Assembly: GCA_963718965.1 (NCBI GenBank)
Contig: CAVRBJ010000027.1
Span: forward strand, 73,360 to 137,359
Reading direction: 5' to 3'
From: an uncultured delta proteobacterium
GTDB lineage: Bacteria; Desulfobacterota; WTBG01; CAIYCZ01; CAIRTM01
Length of the DNA stretch: 64,000 bases
The translations under genes were made by a program, and so were the position numbers. The notes under the pieces are model-generated. The model worked only from the letters and a program-made list of their open reading frames with translations. It was not told the DNA's origin and did not search any database. Positions 57,507-64,000 of this stretch are shown one piece after another (position 1 is the first letter of the stretch; each line of letters opens with the position of its first letter).

Positions 57507-58345
57507 ATACGATTATGGAAGCGATCAAACCGGTTCTTGTTAATATTGTGCAGGACTCTCCGTCCCGGAACAATCTTTTTAAACGGAATCTCTTGAAAGA
57601 GTATCTTCAGATTGTCGTTTTGGATTTTATATATTCCCATCCGGTTTACAGCCAACTTCTTTTTTACGGCGGTTCGGCGCTGGCGCATTGTTTTGATCTT
57701 CAGCGTCTTTCTGAAGACTTGGATTTCATTGATGAGTCAAAAAAGATTAAAGTTTCGGAACTGGCTAAAGACCTGGAAAACTATTTTACCACCCGCACCG
57801 ATCTTCCGGTCAAAGCCACTGTTCAGAAATTCCGTATCTATCTGAAATTTCCCATTCTTCGGGAACTGGATATTTCCGGAAGGGCTGAATCCGATGATTT
57901 ATTTTTAAAGGTTGAGGTGTATTCCGAGTTTGACTTCTGTGAGCATTATTCAACCGATATCCGGCCTGTTTTTAAGTATAACCGGTCGGTGCTGATTAAA
58001 ACGCTGGATACGGCGACGCTTATGTCCACTAAGATCAGGGCGATCCTTTACCGAAAGTGGGAAAAAACTGATAAACAGGGCCAGACCATCGTAAAAGTTA
58101 AAGGCCGGGACTATTTTGATCTCCTGTGGTATCTGCAGAAGGGGATGAAGCCAAATCTGGACTGCATCGAAGACGCTAATACCATGGATGAGCTTAAAGA
58201 AAAATTCTTGGCGATAGTTTCAAAGATTGACAGCCAGAGCATCCAGCTTGATCTTGAAGCGCTCATTGCCGATGCCAATTTCGTTAATAATTTGAGCCGG
58301 AATATGAAGGCGATCCTGGAACGGGAGATTTCAGAAAAATTGTGA
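57494..58345 (+). CDS. AbiEii/AbiGii-family nucleotidyltransferase toxin
   Basis: ...LLKEYLQIVVLDFIY......LLFYGGSALAHCFDLQRLSEDLDF (the GG[TS]AL...R.S.DLDF NTase motif). The TTG start at 57494 has AAGGAG 9 nt upstream; the ATG at 57515 is the alternative. Confidence 0.8.
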   Translation: MAKVNTIMEAIKPVLVNIVQDSPSRNNLFKRNLLKEYLQIVVLDFIYSHPVYSQLLFYGGSALAHCFDLQRLSEDLDFIDESKKIKVSELAKDLENYFTTRTDLPVKATVQKFRIYLKFPILRELDISGRAESDDLFLKVEVYSEFDFCEHYSTDIRPVFKYNRSVLIKTLDTATLMSTKIRAILYRKWEKTDKQGQTIVKVKGRDYFDLLWYLQKGMKPNLDCIEDANTMDELKEKFLAIVSKIDSQSIQLDLEALIADANFVNNLSRNMKAILEREISEKL

Positions 58346-58405
58346 TTTCAAAAAAGCAAGATTGCTCGGGAAGCTTTTGACGGCAAGCTTGAATTTTAGA
58401 TAATC

Positions 58406-58693
58406 CTAATTCCGAAATGGCCATTTTATTTTCACCGGTTTTTTGGATGACTTTTTGGATGTAACGTTTTTTTCTGGTGGCTTTGCTTCAAGACTGTTTT
58501 TGATGGCTTTTAATTCTGCAAGAATATTTTTTTGTTGTTCTATGAGGTCTCTTAACGCCTCAGAATTTTCCCCGGTTGCTTTAACGTTTTTATCAGAGGA
58601 TATTGTTAGGGTGTTCTCAGGGGCTTTCGTGTATTTATCCATACTCTGAGCAAGTTCAGCTGATGAATCTGCTCCTGACTTTGCGGTTGACAT
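58406..58693 (-). CDS. Hypothetical 95-aa protein expressed from repeat copy C
   Basis: MSTAKSGADSS...coiled-coil segment RDLIEQQKNILAELKAIKNSLEA...Lys-rich tail. It shares only its first three to four codons (ATGTCAACCG) with the ORFs behind copies A and B. Confidence 0.5.
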   Translation of the reverse strand: MSTAKSGADSSAELAQSMDKYTKAPENTLTISSDKNVKATGENSEALRDLIEQQKNILAELKAIKNSLEAKPPEKNVTSKKSSKKPVKIKWPFRN

Positions 58694-58860
58694 ACCACCT
58701 CTTAGCAGCCCGCCCGCCGCGCCGCAAGATATTTAATCACGCCGCTTATTTTTGGCCCGACCGGCCCTGCCCATATCTTGCGCCCACATTTACATTGACA
58801 CGCAACAGCCCTCATTTTATATTCTGCCCATCCCAAAGCGAGTTCCTAGCAATTGAATTC
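58684..58860 (-). repeat. Copy C of the promoter/leader/start-codon module
   Basis: Same architecture (TCGCTT...TATAAAAT, leader, AGAGGTGG, ATG at 58693). It is more diverged from A/B, by roughly one to two dozen differences by eye. Its distal end (GAATTCAATTGCTAG) overlaps the stop of the upstream kinase gene. Confidence 0.8.
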
Positions 58861-60403
58861 CCGTCCTGATTTCAGCAGCTTGCGCCATGAAAACTCCAGC
58901 ACCGTTTTCCATGCATCCTGAAGCCCGGCCTGCGGATCACCTTCAAGATAGCGTTGTAGAAAAAACAGACGATGCGTGCGGGAGACCAGGGCTGTATTGA
59001 GAAATGAGCAGTTAAGCCGCGCAAGATCGCGGCATCTTTCAGAAAGAGGAGCTGCAGGGCCGCAGCCGGGTTGCATCAAGGTCGATAAACCAGATTTGTT
59101 CGCCGCCCACCGCTGTCTGCTGCAACCAGGATGTTTTTTGCCTTAAGGTCGCCATGCACCATGCCCTGATCATGGGCTGCTTTAAGCAGCACGGCCAGAC
59201 GGCCTATGAATGCGCGCTTTTCATCAATGGGCCATGCGGTAAAATATTTTTCCACATACCGGTCAAGGCCGTCGGCTCCGGCCAGCGCCCGTGTCACCAG
59301 ATACGAAGCCTGCAGGAAGCCGAACCGGCGGCGCTCAAAAAATGCCAGCGGCTCGGGAGTAGGAACATGCCGGGCACGAAGATCCCGGGCCGTCTGCCAT
59401 GCACGCCGCGCCCGGGACCTGCGCAGCAGATACCTGACGGCGAAAAAACAGCCCTTTGGATTATAGCGTTTCACATACACCGGCCAGGGCAGCTCCGGCG
59501 CCTGCAGCAGCAGCGCCGAGGTGGTCGGCGAGTTTTTAAGAACCACTGCATCAGGGCGATTGAAAAGAGCATCAGGCGCTTCAAGCAGCTTGAGCAATGC
59601 AGCCTCATGTGCCCCGAGCTTCATGCAGCCGCGCAGGCCGTGCGTGACCAGCTCACGCATGTCTGCATCATGCACATTGCCGCAGGGAAAAAACTGCAGC
59701 TCTTCGCGCATATCGGCCAATCGCCTGCCAGCCCGCAGCAGTGTTTCGCGCCAATCGGCCAGCCTGCGCACATACATCCGCATGAAAAGCAGCTGCGCCC
59801 GTGATGGCGCCCGGCCCCACAGCACGGCATCAAGCATGCGCAGGTTATCGATGCGCCGGCGGCCTGCGCCGGGGCGCTTCAGCTCCAGCTTGTCCACATC
59901 TGCAAGGTACAGGCAGGGAATGCCGTCGGCAGCTACCCGTATGAGCACATCGCCCAGATGGAAACTTGTTGACAGGAGGCAGACTTTCCGCAGCTGCGCG
60001 GCAAAGGCGGCAAATACATCTATCAGATCCGTGTTGGCGGGGAGATTGAGAGAGTCCGGCCGGGGACCATGCCGGTCCAGAAAGTCTTTGAGCGGCATGC
60101 TGCCGGGTATGGTTTCAACAACCAGATATGCTGCGCGGATAAAGCCCATGCTCTTGCGGCAGCCAATGGCTATGGGCCGCCGCAGCGCAATGCCGCGGGC
60201 CTGCACGGCACGGGCTGTTTCCCAGTATTTTAAAAAGCGGTCTGCGCAGGCGCCGGCGCGAAACCCTGAGCTGCTGCGCACCTCCATATCGGCAGTGCCT
60301 GCCACAGGCGTGCCGTCGCGGGCGATGAGGGCGGAAAGAGCTGAGGGGGTAAACTGATTTTTAAAATCGTCGGCCAGTATCCAGTTGGCTGTTTGCCGGA
60401 CAT
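58846..60403 (-). CDS. Lipopolysaccharide kinase (Kdo/WaaP) family protein with two tandem kinase-like halves; about three apparent frameshifts
   Basis: The ATG at 60403 lies 1 nt after the aminotransferase stop. MSGKQ / ANWILADDFKNQF... continues in the frame of ORF 59076..60305 (...YLVVETIPGS.PLKDFL... and ...YVKRYNPKG...YLVTRAL.G...GMVHGDLKAKNILV). It then reads FIDLDATRL and ...LSERCRDLARLN...RLFFLQRYL in two further frames. Confidence 0.7.
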
Positions 60404-60404
60404 G

Positions 60405-61566
60405 TTATTTTGCATACCTGTTAAGAACGCGCGTTACGGCATCGATCACATCCTGCACATCCCGGTCGGTGAGCTTTGCCGACAGGGGCAGCGATATGGT
60501 CCGGTCTGATATGTAGAGCGCATGGGGAAAATCATCGCGCTTATAGCCGTAGGTGTCCCGGTAATAGGGATGCGTGTGCAGAGCAATATAGTGAATGCCC
60601 GTGCCGATTTTTTCCTCGTGCAGGGCCTGCTGGATAGTGTCGCGGTCGCAGGTGAGGTCTTCAAGCTTTACAAGAATCGTATACAGGTGCAGCGCATGTT
60701 TGGTATCGGGCTGGGCAGGCGCCGGAATTTCAACGGGAAGATTTTTGAATGCCTCATCATAGCGCTTCCATATTTCCTGGCGGCGGGCGTAGTAGGCATT
60801 GATGCGGCCCATCTGGTGAATGCCCATGGCGGCCTGAATGTCCATCATATTGTATTTGAAGCCGGGGAACACGATCTGGTAGTGCTTATAGCCCTCGTCG
60901 GAAAAGCGCTTCCAGGCCCCGCGGCTCATACCGTGCAGGCCGTAGGTCTCGATCTTTTCGGCATACTCGTCAACACTTGTCGTGACCATGCCGCCTTCGC
61001 CGGTCACGATATTTTTGGTCACATAAAAGCTGAAAACGCCGATGTGCCCGATGGCGCCGATCTTTCTGCCCTTGTATTCAGACTCGATGGCATGGGCCGC
61101 GTCTTCGATGACCAGCAGGTTATGCCGCCGGGCTATGTCCATGATGGGGTCCATGTCGCAGGGCCTGCCGCACAGATGCACGGGGATGATAGCCCTTGTC
61201 TTTTCGGTAATTTTTTTTTCAATTTCCTTCGGGTCGATGTTCATGGTGGCGCGGTCGACATCGGCAAATACGGGCGTTGCGCCCGTGTGCACCACCGAGT
61301 TTGCCGGTAGCGGCAAAGGTCATGGGCGTGGTGATGACCTCATCGCCTGGTTTCAAGCCCGCGGCTATCATGGAGAGGTGCAGCCCTGCGGTGCAGGAGT
61401 TGAGGGCAAAGGCGTATTTCGTGCCGATATAGGCCTTGAACAGCTCCTGGAATTTCCCCACGCGGGGGCCGGTTGAATCCAGCCCGAGCGCAGGCAGTCG
61501 ACAACTTCCTGAATCTCGGGCTCTTCAATGATGGGGCTTCCGAATACCAAAAATGAATCGCGCATG
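60405..61566 (-). CDS. DegT/DnrJ/EryC1/StrS-family PLP aminotransferase (sugar aminotransferase), with two apparent frameshifts near 61480 and 61320
   Basis: MRDSFLVFGSPIIEEPEIQEVVDCLRSGW / STGPRVGKFQELFKAYIGTKYAFALNSCTAGLHLSMIAAGLKPGDEVITTPMTFAAT / NSVVHTGATPVFADVD...VIEDAAHAIES...FSFYVTKNIVTGEGGMV. Confidence 0.85.
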
Positions 61567-61569
61567 TAA

Positions 61570-62436
61570 ACCTCTAGGGTTTGATAATGGTGCTGATTGT
61601 TGCTTGTTATCGTATGAATTGCACTGCAACATCTTGACACTGTATCTCGCGACCTTTTGTTGTGTTCTACCATCTTTTGCGTCTTTTTCAAAACCTTTAA
61701 TGCAAAGCGCTTGTCGCGGGCCGTGAGGCGATCCGTGCCGAGATAGGTTTTTAAAAACCGCAGGCGGTTCGTGCGGGAGATGATGTCTGCCGGAGCGGAG
61801 TAATTGAGCGCGGCAATGTCTTTCACCAGCCAGCGCTCCGGCACTGCGGCCCGGCGCTGCACGCGGTGCAGGTCAACAATGTACAGATTCCCCCGGCCAT
61901 CCCTGAGAATATGGCACAGGTACAGGTCGCGGTGATTGAATCCGCAGGCATGCATCTTCTGTATCAGGCCGGCAAGGCGGGAAATCAGTTCCACTTTAGC
62001 TGCGCGCGGCGAGCTGTGTCTGCCCGAGATAGTCAGCAAGCCGCGTGCAGCCTTCCAGGGCTTGCGTTACAAGAAACGACCCGTGCTTCCGGCCCGCAGC
62101 AATCGGCACAACTGTGGGCAGGCCGGCGCGGTGAAAGGCTATGATATTTTCAAATTCATCAAAAGCCGTCGGCTCGGGTGACAGCAAGAGCAGCATTTTA
62201 AGAGCGGTAAAAAATCCTGCGGGGAAGTGCCGTTTGAGATAGGCCCGGCTGCCGTCGCGAAGCGTGAATACCACGGTTTTGCGCTGCGGAATGGCATGTT
62301 TGACAACCTCTCCCCGCTCAAGCCCCATCATGGCGTCATAATCAAGAAGGCCGTTGTCGCGGATGGCTGTTTCAAAGGCTTCGTTGAAGGCTGTGCCGTC
62401 GGGTTTGTAGCAAATGCAGGGAAGAGGGCTGCTCAT
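61570..62436 (-). CDS. Lipopolysaccharide kinase (Kdo/WaaP) family protein; one apparent frameshift near 62010; 3' end unresolved
   Basis: ...VFTLRDGSRAYLKRHF.......FDEFENIIAFHRAGLPTVVPIAAG...FLVTQALEG / ...LIQKMHACGFNHRDLYLCHILRDGRGNLYIVDLHR. In the current frame there is no stop before the aminotransferase start, so the true terminus is probably hidden by another indel near 61650-61690. Confidence 0.65.
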
Positions 62437-63587
62437 GGCGACACACCCTTTTCAGACACTATTTCGCGATACAGTGCCAGCGTCTCATGCACATTGCGCT
62501 CAAGCGTAAATTCTGCGGCGCGCTGCGCAGCCCGCACAGCCATATCTTTGAGCCCGGCGTGGTTGTTCTCCAGCGCCGCGGCAATAGGCGAGACTATCGC
62601 CTCTATATTCCAGGGCCTGTCTGCAACAATGCCGCTTGCACCGCTGTCGATGATATCGGCAGCTCCCGTCAGGAGCGACGTGGCAACGGGCAGGCCGCAG
62701 GCCATAGCCTCGAGGCAGACATTGCCGAAAGGCTCGTAGAGAGCCGGATGCACGAGCAGGTCGGCGCAGTGATAGGCCTCGCGCATGTCAGGCAGGCTTC
62801 CGAGAAACACCAGCCGTCCGGCAAAGCGTTTTTGGCTCGCCATGCGCATATAGGGGGCCTGATTTCCCCGGCCCGCGACCAGCAGCCACGGTTTATACCC
62901 CCTGCCGCACAGCTCTATGGCATACTGCAGGGCGAACTGCAGGCCCTTGCGCTTAAAATCATTGCCTGCGAACAGCAGCACCGGGTCTGATTCGCGAATG
63001 CTTAATCGGGAACGCGCAGCTCGTCGCATGGGGCCGTGCTCAGCCATGGTGAACTGCTGCAGATCAACGCCATTGTATATAAGCCTGATGGCTTTTTCCG
63101 GCACGCCGTAATAGTGCATAAGCTGCAGCCGGCACAGCTTTGAAATGGCTATAATGCGGCGATAGTTGCCGGGCTTGAAAATAGCGGCCTCGATGCCAAG
63201 AATCGCCATATGCCGCGGGCTCAGGTGTTTGAGCCAACGCTTAACGGGATTGACATAGTTCAGGCGCAGCCAGTGAACATGCAGAGGCTCGGCCACGCGG
63301 TACACATCCGAGGGAAACACCTGCGAAAGGCCCTGAACAATGTCAAAGGATTGTTCGGCAACGAGCCGGCGGGAGTTGCGCTGAAAAGAAATATTTTTAA
63401 GGGGCGACGGCCTTTTGATAAATGGTACACGGTGCATGGTTATGCTGCGGGGTTCATACTCCCATCTACCCGCAAAAACATGCACGTCGTTCCCGGCATC
63501 GGCCAGCCCTCGCGCCAGGTTCACCGCATAGCGCTCAGCCCCGCCGCGCAGGTGATCATATTCTTTTCTGATGAGGGCTATTTTCAT
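62433..63587 (-). CDS. Family-4 (GT-B) glycosyltransferase, LPS-core type
   Basis: MKIALIRKEY...GGAERYAVNLARGLADAGNDVHVF......EPFGNVCLEAMACGLPV (the E-x7-E region). Confidence 0.85.
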   Translation of the reverse strand: MKIALIRKEYDHLRGGAERYAVNLARGLADAGNDVHVFAGRWEYEPRSITMHRVPFIKRPSPLKNISFQRNSRRLVAEQSFDIVQGLSQVFPSDVYRVAEPLHVHWLRLNYVNPVKRWLKHLSPRHMAILGIEAAIFKPGNYRRIIAISKLCRLQLMHYYGVPEKAIRLIYNGVDLQQFTMAEHGPMRRAARSRLSIRESDPVLLFAGNDFKRKGLQFALQYAIELCGRGYKPWLLVAGRGNQAPYMRMASQKRFAGRLVFLGSLPDMREAYHCADLLVHPALYEPFGNVCLEAMACGLPVATSLLTGAADIIDSGASGIVADRPWNIEAIVSPIAAALENNHAGLKDMAVRAAQRAAEFTLERNVHETLALYREIVSEKGVSP

Positions 63588-63636
63588 GAATTTTATTTCA
63601 TTAAATCGACAGGTAGGCAACGGTCACGACCGTTCC

Positions 63637-64000
63637 CTACGGTTTGGTTTTCCTCAGACCCACATCCGCAGGGCACAGGCACAGATGCCACCAGAGAAGG
63701 CGGCTGTAGACGATGGTCTTTTCCCGGTAGCGCGCCTTGGCGCCCAGGGTCAGACACAGTCCGAGCAGGGTAAGGGTAAGATTCAGAAAGAGCTTTACGA
63801 AGCGGCAAACCCGAAGTGTATAATAGGTGGAGGTGTGGCGGTTTTTCTTGAAAAAATGATACAGGGAGCGGTAATACTCGATCCATGACAGCGCGGGCCT
63901 GTGCCGTTTGCTCCGGCCCTGCAGGTGCACGATTTCGACCTGCGGGAGATGATGTATTTTGAAGCCGGCCCGGCGCATGCGCAGACACCAGTCGGTCTCC
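63637..64000 (-). CDS. Family-2 glycosyltransferase, C-terminal part (5' end beyond the right edge)
   Basis: ETDWCLRMRRAGFKIHHLPQVEIVHLQG, then two hydrophobic helices. The frame is open to the window end. Confidence 0.7.
   Translation of the reverse strand, partial: ETDWCLRMRRAGFKIHHLPQVEIVHLQGRSKRHRPALSWIEYYRSLYHFFKKNRHTSTYYTLRVCRFVKLFLNLTLTLLGLCLTLGAKARYREKTIVYSRLLWWHLCLCPADVGLRKTKP

Noticed and set aside
52157-58860. The three ~190-bp repeats as a CRISPR array or as integron attC sites / cassette array
   Set aside because: The units are far too long and far too widely spaced (4.3 and 2.2 kb) for CRISPR. The window has no intI, no R''/R' (RYYYAAC/GTTRRRY) core pair at the unit ends, and multi-gene, mixed-orientation content between units. 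Promoter, SD and ATG are conserved instead.

Overview
This 64-kb chromosomal window reads like a GC-rich, strictly anaerobic Desulfobacterota (sulfate-reducer type) genome. That assignment is an inference from gene content and repeat families only.

Gene content, left to right:
- **1-4.8 kb:** a tungsten-type aldehyde:ferredoxin oxidoreductase module (aor, MoaD-like, polyferredoxin, HdrA/GltD fusion).
- **6.1-10.1 kb:** a MarR-headed operon. It encodes a membrane-anchored ferrochelatase-fold protein, a 2x[4Fe-4S] ferredoxin fused to a ferredoxin-dependent bilin reductase (FDBR)-like domain, and an FMN-reductase-type flavoprotein. This is my top candidate for an undescribed system.
- **10-37 kb:** housekeeping genes: prc, ychF, TPR protein, blc, gpx, recQ, fcl, dgt-like, M48/LysM protease, DUF1015, priA, cusRS-like, MBL hydrolase, FmdB zinc ribbon, GT2 plus GT39-like glycosylation genes, and leuB.
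- **37.6-46.8 kb:** a recC-[four-helix-bundle gene]-recB-recD operon.
- **47-51.7 kb:** a cytidylate-kinase-like gene, an OmpA-like lipoprotein, and futalosine-pathway genes (mqnC/E, mqnA).
- **51.8-58.9 kb:** an accessory island of about 7 kb. It holds a PIN-type pair, an AbiEi/AbiEii pair, secreted proteins including an SGNH lipase, an IS91-family transposase stub, and three direct copies of a roughly 180-200 bp promoter/leader/start-codon module.
- **58.8-64 kb:** an LPS-core-type cluster (two Kdo/WaaP-family kinases, DegT aminotransferase, GT4, partial GT2).

I recognised no rRNA, tRNA or CRISPR array.

Roughly 30 reading-frame interruptions are visible by manual frame tracking. They cluster at 0-2.6 kb, 37.5-53 kb and 58.8-62.4 kb. 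Most behave as single extra bases, often in short homopolymers, so I treat the affected genes as probably intact genes in an indel-prone assembly rather than as proven pseudogenes. All similarity statements come from reading the translations. No database search or computation was run.
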